In this document: one piece after another, positions 1 through 9,788 of the stretch
Layout: each line of letters opens with the position of its first letter
Position numbering within the stretch: position 1 is the first letter of the stretch
NCBI GenBank assembly: GCA_038063535.1
Contig: JBBTUV010000001.1
Location: 21,570 to 85,569 of the forward strand
Length of the DNA stretch: 64,000 nucleotides
From: Patescibacteria group bacterium
Lineage (GTDB): Bacteria; Patescibacteriota; Minisyncoccia; Phycocordibacterales; UBA9973
Reading direction: 5' to 3'
Notes under the pieces: generated by a model
What the model was told of the DNA's origin: nothing
Database searches by the model: none
The model's input: the letters and a program-made list of their open reading frames with translations, nothing else
Made by a program: the position numbers and the translations under genes

Positions 1-861
1 ACACTTTATAACAATATTCCGCACCTTCTGACCCCCGTTATCACCGACGCCAAGCGGGCGATACTTGCGCTCAAATGGGCAGCCAAGGAAATGGACCGCC
101 GCTACGATATTCTCGAATCGGAATCAGTGCGGGACATCGAGTCCTATCACCGAAACGTAAAAACCGACGATAACTTGCCCTACATCGCTATAATTATAGA
201 CGAACTTGCCGATATCATGAGCTCTTACCCAAGAGAACTCGAAGCTGCGATCGTGCGCCTAGCACAGATGTCTCGCGCGGTCGGGATACACCTCCTTCTC
301 TCAACCCAGCGACCGGAAGTCAATGTCATCACCGGGCTCATCAAGGCGAATATCCCGGCGCGGATCGCTCTTAAGGTTTCTTCACAGGTAGACTCGCGCA
401 CAATTCTTGACACGGGCGGAGCTGAAAAGCTCCTAGGGGCGGGCGACATGCTCTATTCCTCCGGCGAGGCCCCGCCGGAGCGCCTCCAGAGCGCTTTCAT
501 TTCAGAAGCAGAGGTGAAGAAAGTGGCAAAATATCTCGCTGACGCCTATAAAGACGAGGTCATGGAAGAAATCGCGCTTGCGGAAGGATCGATCTCGGCC
601 GACCGAAGCATCTTCGAGAGTGCTATCGATTCTTCGGAAGATGACGATGAAATGTACGAGGAGGCGCGAGCCTGCGTCATCGAAGCCGGCAAGGCCTCCA
701 CCTCATATCTTCAGCGAAAATTGAAACTGGGTTACGCTCGGGCGGCCCGGCTCATGGATATGCTTGAGGAGCGCGGGGTTATCGGCCCCGGCGACGGAGC
801 GAAGCCAAGGGAGGTGCTCGAGAAAGCAAATCCAGCTGGAGCTGAACCTCCCACCCAATAA
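1..861 (+). CDS. ftsK: DNA translocase FtsK/SpoIIIE, C-terminal part (5' end outside window)
   Basis: Frame open from base 1 (TLYNNIPHLLTPVITD...); Walker B IIIDELAD, RAVGIHLLLSTQRP, and gamma domain SYLQRKLKLGYARAARLMD. Confidence 0.95.
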   Translation, partial: TLYNNIPHLLTPVITDAKRAILALKWAAKEMDRRYDILESESVRDIESYHRNVKTDDNLPYIAIIIDELADIMSSYPRELEAAIVRLAQMSRAVGIHLLLSTQRPEVNVITGLIKANIPARIALKVSSQVDSRTILDTGGAEKLLGAGDMLYSSGEAPPERLQSAFISEAEVKKVAKYLADAYKDEVMEEIALAEGSISADRSIFESAIDSSEDDDEMYEEARACVIEAGKASTSYLQRKLKLGYARAARLMDMLEERGVIGPGDGAKPREVLEKANPAGAEPPTQ

Positions 862-864
862 AAG

Positions 865-1197
865 ATGACCAGGGATGCAAAAAAAATTCTGAAGTATGCG
901 GCTCTCTCTGTTTTTTCTCTCGTCATTGTGATCTATGCCTACTTCCGATCAACCGAATTGATTTGGGGAGTAAAAGTAAAAAACGTGGTTTTGCAGAGAG
1001 AAGAAAGTATGTTAAAAATAAGTGGGAACGCCAAGAACGCAGTGCACCTTGCCCTTAATGGACGGGAAATATCGATCGACCAGGCTGGGAACTGGAACGA
1101 GGCCTTGGCGCTTCTCCCGGGATACAACCTGCTCGATATAAACGCGAAAGATAAATTCGGGCATGAGAGCCAAAAAAGTTATCAACTAATCAATTAA
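865..1197 (+). CDS. Small membrane-anchored protein with an Ig-like beta domain
   Basis: N-terminal TM helix, then beta-rich LNGREI...[17 protein letters not shown]; packed between ftsK and recA. Confidence 0.65.
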   Translation: MTRDAKKILKYAALSVFSLVIVIYAYFRSTELIWGVKVKNVVLQREESMLKISGNAKNAVHLALNGREISIDQAGNWNEALALLPGYNLLDINAKDKFGHESQKSYQLIN

Positions 1198-1198
1198 A

Positions 1199-2224
1199 AT
1201 GGCGAAAAAAGTGAAAAGTGAAGACTCAAAAAGTCCTATCCTCGAAGATACACTGAAGGCGATCCGGACAAAATTCGGCGAAGGAGCGATAATGAAGATG
1301 GGAGACGCTCCGAAAGTGGGCATTAACACTATTCCTACCGGCTCCCTGGGCCTTGATATGGCACTTGGGGTAGGAGGAATACCCCGGGGAAGGATCATTG
1401 AAATTTTTGGGCCGGAGTCTTCAGGAAAAACTACCCTCGCACTTCACATCGTCGGCGAGGCGCAGAGGCTCGGAGGTGTTTGTGCCTATATCGATGCCGA
1501 GCATGCGATGGACCCGGAATATTCTAAAAAACTTGGTGTAAGCATAAACGATTTATTGATTTCTCAGCCCGATACGGGTGAGCAGGCGCTCGATATTGTC
1601 GAGAGTTTGGTGCGCACGGGAAAAATCGACGTAGTGGTGATAGATAGCGTAGCGGCGCTTACGCCCAAGGACGAGATCGAGGGTGATATGGGAGCATATC
1701 ATGTAGGAAAACAGGCACGCCTGATGTCGCAAGCACTCCGGAAACTGACCGCGATTGTAGCAAGATCAAAAACGGCGGTAATCTTCATCAATCAGATTCG
1801 CATGCAGATCGGCGTGATGTTCGGAAACCCTGAAACCACTCCAGGCGGCAAAGCTCTTAAATTCTATTCATCTGTGCGCTTAGATATAAGAAAAATTGCC
1901 CAGATCAAAAAGGGGGATGAGGTCGTGGGCTCCCGGACTCGAGTGAAAGTGGTGAAGAATAAAGTTGCCGCCCCTTTCAAGCAGACAGAGTTTGACATAA
2001 TTTACAACGAGGGAATTTCCAAAGAGGGTGAGATCATCGCGCTCGGGGAAAAATTCAAGATCCTCGAGAAATCGGGAAACTCCTACGCATACGTTCCGGA
2101 GGGCGCAGAAGAAGTGAAGCTCGGGCGCGGTTATGACGCGACTCGGACGTTTCTCAAAGAAAATTCGAAGATCGCGGAAAGAATTCTCAAGGATATCCGC
2201 AAAAAATTTGCAGAGCAAGTATAA
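1199..2224 (+). CDS. recA: Recombinase RecA
   Basis: GPESSGKTT Walker [19 protein letters not shown]. Confidence 0.99.
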   Translation: MAKKVKSEDSKSPILEDTLKAIRTKFGEGAIMKMGDAPKVGINTIPTGSLGLDMALGVGGIPRGRIIEIFGPESSGKTTLALHIVGEAQRLGGVCAYIDAEHAMDPEYSKKLGVSINDLLISQPDTGEQALDIVESLVRTGKIDVVVIDSVAALTPKDEIEGDMGAYHVGKQARLMSQALRKLTAIVARSKTAVIFINQIRMQIGVMFGNPETTPGGKALKFYSSVRLDIRKIAQIKKGDEVVGSRTRVKVVKNKVAAPFKQTEFDIIYNEGISKEGEIIALGEKFKILEKSGNSYAYVPEGAEEVKLGRGYDATRTFLKENSKIAERILKDIRKKFAEQV

Positions 2225-2241
2225 ATCTGCTAATCTCTAGC

Positions 2242-2814
2242 ATGCTTGAATATAATGAAATTCGCGAAAAGCGGATAATTATTTATGCTGGTGAGCCAGC
2301 GGAAGTGATCGAATCACACGTGGCGCGTACCCAGCAGAGAAAACCGCAGAATCAGGTGAAACTGAAGAGTTTGATCAGCGGAAAAACCATCGCCGCAACC
2401 TTCCATGTCTCGGACACCGCAGAAGAAGCGGAAATCGGGAAGCGTGAAATAAAATTTCTTTACCACAACAAGGGGGAATATTGGTTCTCCGATCCTAATA
2501 ATCCGCGAGACAGATTTATACTCGACGCCGCACTCTTGGGGGATGCAGTAAAGTTCTTGAAACCGAACGAGAACGTGACTGCGCTCGTTTGGGAACATGA
2601 GGATGAAAAAAGAATCATCAAGCTCGCCTTGCCGATAAAGATGGAATTCAAAGTCAAAGATGCTCCGCCGGCGGTCCGCGGGGACACTTCAAAAGGCGGA
2701 AATAAATTCATCACCCTTGAAAACGGGGTCACTATCTCTGCGCCTCTTTTCATAAGCGAGGGCGATACGATCCGGGTGAATACTGAAACCGGAGAATACG
2801 TCGAGCGGGTCTAG
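2242..2814 (+). CDS. efp: Elongation factor P
   Basis: PPAVRGDT, LENGVTISAPLFISEGD, VNTETGEYVERV. Confidence 0.93.
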   Translation: MLEYNEIREKRIIIYAGEPAEVIESHVARTQQRKPQNQVKLKSLISGKTIAATFHVSDTAEEAEIGKREIKFLYHNKGEYWFSDPNNPRDRFILDAALLGDAVKFLKPNENVTALVWEHEDEKRIIKLALPIKMEFKVKDAPPAVRGDTSKGGNKFITLENGVTISAPLFISEGDTIRVNTETGEYVERV

Positions 2815-2818
2815 GAGG

Positions 2819-3019
2819 TTATTTCGCCATGTAGGGCAGAAGTCCAAGGAAACGAGCGCGTTTGATCGCTTGCGCGAGCGCACGCTGGTTTTTCGCGGTA
2901 ATGCCGCTTCGCTTACGAGAAACAATTTTTCCGTTCGGATTGATGAACCTCAAAAGAATCTCGGTATCCTTATAGTCGATATGCTTGATATTATTGGCTG
3001 AAAAAAAGTCTTGGCGCAT
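2819..3019 (-). CDS. rpsR: 30S ribosomal protein S18 (no zinc-binding cysteines)
   Basis: IDYKD, QRALAQAIKRARFLGLLPY; rpsF-ssb-rpsR order. Confidence 0.97.
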   Translation of the reverse strand: MRQDFFSANNIKHIDYKDTEILLRFINPNGKIVSRKRSGITAKNQRALAQAIKRARFLGLLPYMAK

Positions 3020-3025
3020 GGATTT

Positions 3026-3481
3026 CTAAAATGGAATATCTTCGGGGTTAATTTCGTCTTCTGGATATTCGATGGTGTCTACTTCTTCTGCCGCCGCTGA
3101 TTTAGCCGGAGCGGGCGCTCCTCCGCCACTCCCGCTTCCCCTTGGACCAAATTGTGTCCGCTCGGCGATAATCTCGGTGCGGTATTTCTTCTCACCACTA
3201 TTCTTGTCTTCCCAGCTTCTGGTCTGAATTCTTCCTTCAACTAGGATCGAGCTCCCCTTTTTCATGTACTGCGCCACTGTTTCCGCCCCTCGGCCGAAGA
3301 CCACAACATTATGATACTCCACCTGCTCTTGCCTCGCTCCCGCCTTATCCTTCCATACCCTATTGGTCGCGACCGAAAAAGAGCAGACCTTTCCGCCGGA
3401 GGGAAGAGCCCGGAGTTCCGGGTCGCGCGTAAGATTTCCTATGATGATTGCTTTGTTTAGGTTCATATTTTTATTCGGCAC
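3026..3481 (-). CDS. ssb: Single-stranded DNA-binding protein
   Basis: NKAIIIGNLTRDPE, VEGRIQTRSW, acidic tail EDIPF. Confidence 0.98.
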   Translation of the reverse strand: MPNKNMNLNKAIIIGNLTRDPELRALPSGGKVCSFSVATNRVWKDKAGARQEQVEYHNVVVFGRGAETVAQYMKKGSSILVEGRIQTRSWEDKNSGEKKYRTEIIAERTQFGPRGSGSGGGAPAPAKSAAAEEVDTIEYPEDEINPEDIPF

Positions 3482-3962
3482 TAACCATCGCTTCTATTTC
3501 TTTATCTATCTCTTCCTTATTGATCGGAGCGGCCGGCTTGGCTTCCTCTTTCCTTCGGGTAACAAGCGGCTTTCGGTAAGGAATGTCCCGCATGAACCTT
3601 CGGCCGGAAGTAGCGCTCTCTCGAGTAGTCTTCACTACCAAAAAGCGGATAACCTCCGTAGTATCTGTGAATTTTTGCTTCACTTCCGAAATTTTATCCG
3701 TGGGAAGCGCGAATTTCACCCAGCCGAAATAGGCGGAATTGAATTTCCTGCGAGTGTTGCCGAGTATTTTTTCCATATTGTAAGCGAGCGGGATTTTCTT
3801 CGGAAGCTCGTCGGAGATGACCTCCGCCCCCGCCCCCGAAACTGCGTCCTTGAGGCCCGCATACACCCTCGCCACCTCCTCATCCGTCAGATCCGGAGCG
3901 GCAAGGTATCCGACTTCGTAGACGGTCGGAGCTGATTCAACTTTCGCTTCTTCTTCTGCCAT
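3471..3962 (-). CDS. rpsF: 30S ribosomal protein S6
   Basis: YEVGYL, LAYNM, SAYFGW, EVIRFLVVK; upstream of ssb. Confidence 0.9.
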   Translation of the reverse strand: MAEEEAKVESAPTVYEVGYLAAPDLTDEEVARVYAGLKDAVSGAGAEVISDELPKKIPLAYNMEKILGNTRRKFNSAYFGWVKFALPTDKISEVKQKFTDTTEVIRFLVVKTTRESATSGRRFMRDIPYRKPLVTRRKEEAKPAAPINKEEIDKEIEAMVSAE

Positions 3963-3985
3963 GTCCTATGATACTAGCAAAAACC

Positions 3986-4801
3986 CTATAATTTGTAAAC
4001 TCTGCGGGCATTTTCGAGCAACTTCTCAGCAACTTCTGGCTCCGGCAAATTCTTAATTTCCGCAATCCTCTTTACTACTTCACGCACATAGATGGGTTCA
4101 TTGCGGCGACCGCGGTAGGGCACAGGAGTGACATATGGGGCGTCAGTTTCAGATAAAATCATATCGAGCGGGAAGGAACGAATAAGATCGTCGTAGTCAC
4201 GGGTGAAAGTAATAACTCCGGTAAAAGAAATGGTAAATCCGAAGTCGAGAAATGCTTTGGCCTCTTCGATGCTCCCGGCAAAAAAATGCACATCGCCCTT
4301 AATTTTTGCATGTTTTTTGAGAATCTCAAGCGCATCTGCGTATGCGGCTCGGACGTGAAGCATGAGAGGCTTCCCTACTTCATTGGCAAGCTCTATCTGC
4401 TCGATGAACATCTTTTTTTGCTTCTCAATTGAATCGGGATCGAGGCGGTAATAGTCTAGCCCGCACTCCCCCACTCCCACGACCTTCGGATTCTTGAGCA
4501 GTTCTCTGTAAGCAGCCTTGTCGAAAGATTCACCTCGGGAAGTGAACTCTGTTCCTCCCTCACCAAACTCATGCTTGTCGTGAAATGAAGCGCTGGTATG
4601 GATCGGGTGCAATCCCACAATCGCGTAAACCCCCTCCTCATATTTCTCGGCCATTTCTACCGCCTTTCTTGAAGTATCTATCTGCGTGCCAACATTTATG
4701 ACCCAAGTATCATTGTCGAGCGCTCGCTTAATGACCTCATCTCGATCTTCATCAAAAGCCGAGAAATTCACATGTGAATGAACATCAATGTATTTAGGCA
4801 T
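3986..4801 (-). CDS. tatD: TatD family DNase
   Basis: DVHSH, GLHP, GECGLDY, ETDAPY, RNEP. Confidence 0.96.
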   Translation of the reverse strand: MPKYIDVHSHVNFSAFDEDRDEVIKRALDNDTWVINVGTQIDTSRKAVEMAEKYEEGVYAIVGLHPIHTSASFHDKHEFGEGGTEFTSRGESFDKAAYRELLKNPKVVGVGECGLDYYRLDPDSIEKQKKMFIEQIELANEVGKPLMLHVRAAYADALEILKKHAKIKGDVHFFAGSIEEAKAFLDFGFTISFTGVITFTRDYDDLIRSFPLDMILSETDAPYVTPVPYRGRRNEPIYVREVVKRIAEIKNLPEPEVAEKLLENARRVYKL

Positions 4802-6237
4802 TAGTCTTTGCGAGGGAATAAGGGTTTCTCCGGTTTTTTGTTTTCTCTGATTAATTTTTTTATTTTCTCGCTAGTGTCTGGCAAGAGCGGATTTAGCATT
4901 CTGGCAATTACATATAACTCCTGAGTTATCTCAGTAATTATCTCCTTACCTTTTTTCTCATCCTTTTTGACAACTTTGAATGGTTCGGTCTTTTGAATTT
5001 TCTGATCAAGGTTATGGATTTTTTCCCAGACATAATCGGCGGCTTTCTTTACATCAAAAGTTTCTAAAAGCTCAAAATATTCTTTCAGTTCAGATTTCTC
5101 CGGGATCTCCGGGGTCTTTTCTAAATATTTTTCCGAAAGCGTCAAAATTCTCGAAACTAAATTGCCCAGGCCGTTCGCGAGGTTCGCGTTGTAGGCCTCT
5201 TTTATGCCCTCCGGTGTTACGTCCGTATCTTCAAACGAATTCACGTGCCGGAGCAGGAAGTAACGCACAGCATCCTTTCCATACTCGTTCACCAGGTCAA
5301 TGGGATTTATAACGTTGCCGAGCGACTTGGACATTTTTCCCCCGCCGGAGGTTATAAATCCATGGTAAACCACCTTATCGGTGTTTTTTACGCCAGCAGA
5401 CATAAGCATCGCCTGCCACATCAGAGACTGAAAACGAACTTGATCCTTACCGGCTGTTTGAACAACCTCCCCGTCTACCCAAAATTTTTTAAAATTCCCT
5501 GATTCATTCGGCCATCCCAAAGTAGAAATATAGTTAGTGAGCGCATCGAACCACACATACATTACCTGCGAATCATCGCCCGGAACCGGCACACCCCAGG
5601 AGAGCCTTTCTTTCTCTCTTGAGATGCTAAAGTCTTCCAAGCCGCCCTCGACGAATTTTACCGCTTCACCCCGCCGCCACTCGGGTAAAATTACACCGGG
5701 GTGAGAGAGGTAATCAAACAGTTTATCTTGATACTTTGAAAAACGGAAAAAATAATTTTCTTCCTCAAGAACTTTGATCTCAAGATTCAGATGCAGAAGG
5801 CATCTTCCCTTCTCATCTAAGTCGGTATCTCTTTTGAAAGATTCACAGCCGACACAATACTTTCCCTTATATTTTTTTTTATAGATATCACCCGCTTTAT
5901 CGCACCTTCTCCAAATTTCCTCGGCAGCTTTCTTATGAAGAGGGTCGGTGGTCCGTATAAAATTATCAACCGATATATTCAATACTTTCAAAAGTTCCTT
6001 GAAACGTAGAGAATACTTATCCGCATAAATTTTAGTATCTTTCTCGCCTGCACTCTGTGCTGACTCAAAAACTTTCTGCCCATGCTCATCCGTGCCGGTC
6101 GAGAAAAAAACATCTCTTCCTATTAATCTCTGATAGCGAGCGACGGCATCACTTTGCACAAACTCAAGCGCGTGACCCATGTGCGGATCCGCGTTTACAT
6201 AAGGAAGTGTGGCCGTTAGATAGAAACTTTTTTTCAT
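4801..6237 (-). CDS. metG: Methionine--tRNA ligase (short form)
   Basis: YVNADPHMGH, GTDEHG, YVWFDAL, KMSKS. Confidence 0.97.
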   Translation of the reverse strand: MKKSFYLTATLPYVNADPHMGHALEFVQSDAVARYQRLIGRDVFFSTGTDEHGQKVFESAQSAGEKDTKIYADKYSLRFKELLKVLNISVDNFIRTTDPLHKKAAEEIWRRCDKAGDIYKKKYKGKYCVGCESFKRDTDLDEKGRCLLHLNLEIKVLEEENYFFRFSKYQDKLFDYLSHPGVILPEWRRGEAVKFVEGGLEDFSISREKERLSWGVPVPGDDSQVMYVWFDALTNYISTLGWPNESGNFKKFWVDGEVVQTAGKDQVRFQSLMWQAMLMSAGVKNTDKVVYHGFITSGGGKMSKSLGNVINPIDLVNEYGKDAVRYFLLRHVNSFEDTDVTPEGIKEAYNANLANGLGNLVSRILTLSEKYLEKTPEIPEKSELKEYFELLETFDVKKAADYVWEKIHNLDQKIQKTEPFKVVKKDEKKGKEIITEITQELYVIARMLNPLLPDTSEKIKKLIRENKKPEKPLFPRKD

Positions 6238-7301
6238 TGTCTCATCCGACTTTGAGCTTTCTTCTTCTCTAGATCGCTGATGAGCTCCATTACGAACACG
6301 GCGATGGGAATCGCAAGTATCATCCCCCAGACACCGCCCAGTTCATAACCGATAAGGATGGCAAGGATGATGACAAGGGGCGAGAGGCCCACGATCGACT
6401 TGATCAGGAGTGGTGCGAAGAGGAATACTTCGAACTGGTGGATGATGAGATACGCACCGGCTACTAGAAATGCGCTGGTGAGCCCTCCCGAGAGATAGGA
6501 AACCGAAGCCGCCGGGATGAGCGCGATTAGTGTTCCGTACGGGAAAAGCCCCATAAATCCTGCAAGAATTGCCAGGAGGAGCGCGTATTTGATCCCGAGG
6601 AGCGAGAGCACGAGGTAAACTAGCACCGCATCAAGGAGGCCCATCACCAGTTGTCCTTTTACCCAAAGGGCGATCTTGCGCCGAGAGCGTTGCCATAGGT
6701 CAACCGCATATGCCTCATAATCGGTGGGCAGGATGATCTGGAGGAACTTTTCTATCCCCCGCTCCTGCACGGAGAGATAGAAGGAAATTATCGTGATTAC
6801 GACCAAATTGAAAATGCTTCCGAAGGCTCCGGCGAGCGTCTGGAAAAATCCACCGGATAGATTGGAAACGAAAGCTTTGGAAGTAGTAATGAGGGTTGTC
6901 AGAGAAAGGCTGTGCGAGAGATTCGCGACGATGTCTTTGGCTCCGGAGAAAGCGTCATTTTTGAAGTAATTGATAAGTGCCGAATCAGGAATATAGGCGG
7001 AAAGAAAAACAGAGAGATTGTAAACTTCGGTTATGAGAAGCGGTGCGAAAAGATAAAACATTCCGGCGAGGGTTAGGATCGCTACCACGTAGCAAACGAT
7101 AACCGCCGGAACCCGCCCGAACCGAATCTTCCGGAAGTGCGGGATCGCGGACTCCATGAAAGATGCGATAACGATGGCAGTAAGAATAATGAGGATAAAA
7201 TCTCGAAGTATCCAGATGAGGTAAACACCTAAGATTATGAGCACGGCGCGGATCATCGTACCGGTCGAAATAGAGAGAGAGGGGTAGTCTTTGGGAGGCA
7301 T
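6234..7301 (-). CDS. AI-2E family transporter
   Basis: Multi-TM; WVKGQL, FPYGT, HQFE...PLL, GGVWGMILAIP. Confidence 0.85.
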   Translation of the reverse strand: MPPKDYPSLSISTGTMIRAVLIILGVYLIWILRDFILIILTAIVIASFMESAIPHFRKIRFGRVPAVIVCYVVAILTLAGMFYLFAPLLITEVYNLSVFLSAYIPDSALINYFKNDAFSGAKDIVANLSHSLSLTTLITTSKAFVSNLSGGFFQTLAGAFGSIFNLVVITIISFYLSVQERGIEKFLQIILPTDYEAYAVDLWQRSRRKIALWVKGQLVMGLLDAVLVYLVLSLLGIKYALLLAILAGFMGLFPYGTLIALIPAASVSYLSGGLTSAFLVAGAYLIIHQFEVFLFAPLLIKSIVGLSPLVIILAILIGYELGGVWGMILAIPIAVFVMELISDLEKKKAQSRMRQ

Positions 7302-7308
7302 GCCAGGA

Positions 7309-8577
7309 TTATATCACAAAGATTTTTTTTAAGTCATTGTCCTTTTTGATCGGGCCGACCAGCGCAAGATTGAGCTTCCGGTTCTTGAAAATTTCTTGGG
7401 ATACGACGCGCAGATCCTCGCGGGTAACTGCGCGGATTTCCGCCGACCGCTCGTCGATCGTCTGGAGCTTTTTCTGAAGAAGCTCGGAGAGTCCGTAAAA
7501 GGAAGCGATGCTGTCGCTTGACTCAAGAGAAAGTTTCATCGTGCCGATGAGATATTCCTTCACTTTTTCAAGCTCCTCGGGCGATATGAGTTCGGCAGCC
7601 ATCCTTTTGCATTCCTCGAGTATCACTCCTATCACTTCGAGCAATCTTTGATTGGTGACGCCCGCCGAAACCTGGAAAACTCCGTGGTCGGTATAAGGAT
7701 CGTTGTGCGCGCGCACATAATAACCCACCCCCATTTCCTCGCGGAGCTTCTGGAAAAGGCGCGAACTCATGCCGCCGCCGAGCACTCCGGCGAGCACCGC
7801 GAGCGAAGGGCTCCTCTGGCTCGATAGCTTATGCGAGCGCGCCGCCAATACGAAATGAGTCTGATCGGTTTTCTTATATTCAGAGAGGATGCCGGGACGG
7901 GTTTGCCTCTCGGCCACTTTCCGTTTATCTACCTTCTGCCCCCTGGGAACCTCTCCGAAAACTTTTTTTATTTCATCGAGAACTTCCTTTTCGCTCACCT
8001 GCCCCGCCGCCACGATCACCGTCGCTTCCGGGAGATAGTGCATCCCCTTATAAGCGAGGAAGTCGAGCCGTTTCATCTTTCGGATATTTTCTTTTTCTCC
8101 GGCGATGTTCCAGCCCGCCGGCTGGTCTCCGTAGAGAAGTTTCATCGCGAGGTCTTGTACATGGCGGTTCGGCAGGTCCTGATACATATTTATCTCCTCG
8201 ATGATGACTCCTTTTTCTTTTTCCATCTCTTTCTCCGGGAAAGTGGAGTTAAGATAGATATCGGTGACCACGTCGAAGATCTGGCGAAAATGCCGCGCCT
8301 CGGCCTTGGCATAGTAGCCGGTGTATTCCTGCGCGGTAAAGGCGTTGTATTCGCTACCGAGGGCATCGAGCTCTTTAGATATATCAATTGCCTTTGGGCG
8401 CTTTATAGTACCCTTGAAACACATGTGCTCGAGGAAATGGGAAATGCCATTCACTCTTTTTTCTTCATACTTCGAGCCAGCCTCCACTAGGACCAAAACC
8501 GTCACCGTCGGATTATCTTTCATCGGGACGGTAATCACCCGCAAGCCGTTTCTCAAAACTTTCTTCGAAAGTTTCAT
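7309..8577 (-). CDS. M16 (pitrilysin-like) zinc peptidase
   Basis: Inverted zinc motif HFLEHMCFKGT, NAFT, SSRLFQKLRE. Confidence 0.95.
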   Translation of the reverse strand: MKLSKKVLRNGLRVITVPMKDNPTVTVLVLVEAGSKYEEKRVNGISHFLEHMCFKGTIKRPKAIDISKELDALGSEYNAFTAQEYTGYYAKAEARHFRQIFDVVTDIYLNSTFPEKEMEKEKGVIIEEINMYQDLPNRHVQDLAMKLLYGDQPAGWNIAGEKENIRKMKRLDFLAYKGMHYLPEATVIVAAGQVSEKEVLDEIKKVFGEVPRGQKVDKRKVAERQTRPGILSEYKKTDQTHFVLAARSHKLSSQRSPSLAVLAGVLGGGMSSRLFQKLREEMGVGYYVRAHNDPYTDHGVFQVSAGVTNQRLLEVIGVILEECKRMAAELISPEELEKVKEYLIGTMKLSLESSDSIASFYGLSELLQKKLQTIDERSAEIRAVTREDLRVVSQEIFKNRKLNLALVGPIKKDNDLKKIFVI

Positions 8578-9788
8578 TCAATTTTCTCTCCGAGATATTG
8601 TATGAGTCCAGAAACCTTTATTCTCTTTTGCTTCCCGCTGTCACGATCGCGGACGGTAACGGTGCCATCTGTAAGCGTGTCGAAATCTACGGTCACGCAG
8701 TAAGGTGTGCCGATCTCGTCCTGGCGGCGATAGCGCTTGCCGATGTTGCCGTTGTCGTCAAATTCAACTCTGCCATATTCGCGTTTCAATTCACTAAAGA
8801 TTTTCTCGGCATATTTTACCAATTCGGGTTTATTCTTAAGAAGCGGAGAAACACAGGCGATAACTGGTGCAATCTGCGGTTTAAGTTTCAAATACACGCG
8901 GACCTCCTTATTCTTTACATCTTCGCTGTAAGCGGACAAAAGTAAGGCAAGCACGACTCGATCAACTCCCAAGGACGGTTCAATCACATGCGGGACAATC
9001 TTTTCTTTAGTCTCCTCGTCCAAATATTCGAGCCGATGATTTTTGAGATCAAAATCAGTTCGGTAAGCAAGCCCGAAAAGTTCTTTGCGGCCGAAAGGAT
9101 AATCGAATTCAAAGTCGATCGTTCGCTTTGAGTAATGAGCCCTGTCTTTTTCCGGAACTTCCAGTTCCTGTACTTTTTTCTGGTCTATCCCGACTTCCTT
9201 TATCCAGCCGAGCATTTCACCGCGCCAGTACTCAAAATACTTCTCCCATTCCTTTCCGCGAACAAAATATTCTATCTCCATCTGCTCGAACTCGCGCTGG
9301 CGGAAAATAAAATCCCGCGGGGCAATTTCGTTCCGAAAAGCTTTCCCGATCTGCGCCACGCCGAACGGCAGTTTTGGATGAAAGCTGTCGACGACATTTT
9401 TGAAGTTAACAAATATCCCCTGCGCGGTTTCGGGGCGCAGATAGGCAGGCGTCGCCTCCTCACCGGCGCCGACGGAAGTCTTGAACATCACGTTGAATTG
9501 TTTCCCGTCCTCCAGCGGATCGGAAAATCCCGCGACATGGCCGGAAAATTCCCAAACTTTCGGATTCAAAATGAGAGCAGAATCAAGCCCGAACATATCG
9601 CGCCGGGCATCGACAAACTTATTCCACCAAGACTTTTTTAAATTATTCTTAAGCGCTACTCCATAGTGCCCCCAATCGTAAAATCCGGCCAGGCCGCCGT
9701 AAATTTCCGAGCTTGGAAAGACAAAACCTCGTCTTTTGCAAAGACTTACAATTTTCTCCATTAGGTTGTCGCTCTCTTTTTTCATCAT
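8574..9788 (-). CDS. glyQS: Glycine--tRNA ligase (alpha2 type)
   Basis: LRPETAQGIF, FRNEI, REFEQMEIEYF, HVIEPSLG, IGKRYRRQDEIGTP. Confidence 0.96.
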   Translation of the reverse strand: MMKKESDNLMEKIVSLCKRRGFVFPSSEIYGGLAGFYDWGHYGVALKNNLKKSWWNKFVDARRDMFGLDSALILNPKVWEFSGHVAGFSDPLEDGKQFNVMFKTSVGAGEEATPAYLRPETAQGIFVNFKNVVDSFHPKLPFGVAQIGKAFRNEIAPRDFIFRQREFEQMEIEYFVRGKEWEKYFEYWRGEMLGWIKEVGIDQKKVQELEVPEKDRAHYSKRTIDFEFDYPFGRKELFGLAYRTDFDLKNHRLEYLDEETKEKIVPHVIEPSLGVDRVVLALLLSAYSEDVKNKEVRVYLKLKPQIAPVIACVSPLLKNKPELVKYAEKIFSELKREYGRVEFDDNGNIGKRYRRQDEIGTPYCVTVDFDTLTDGTVTVRDRDSGKQKRIKVSGLIQYLGEKIE

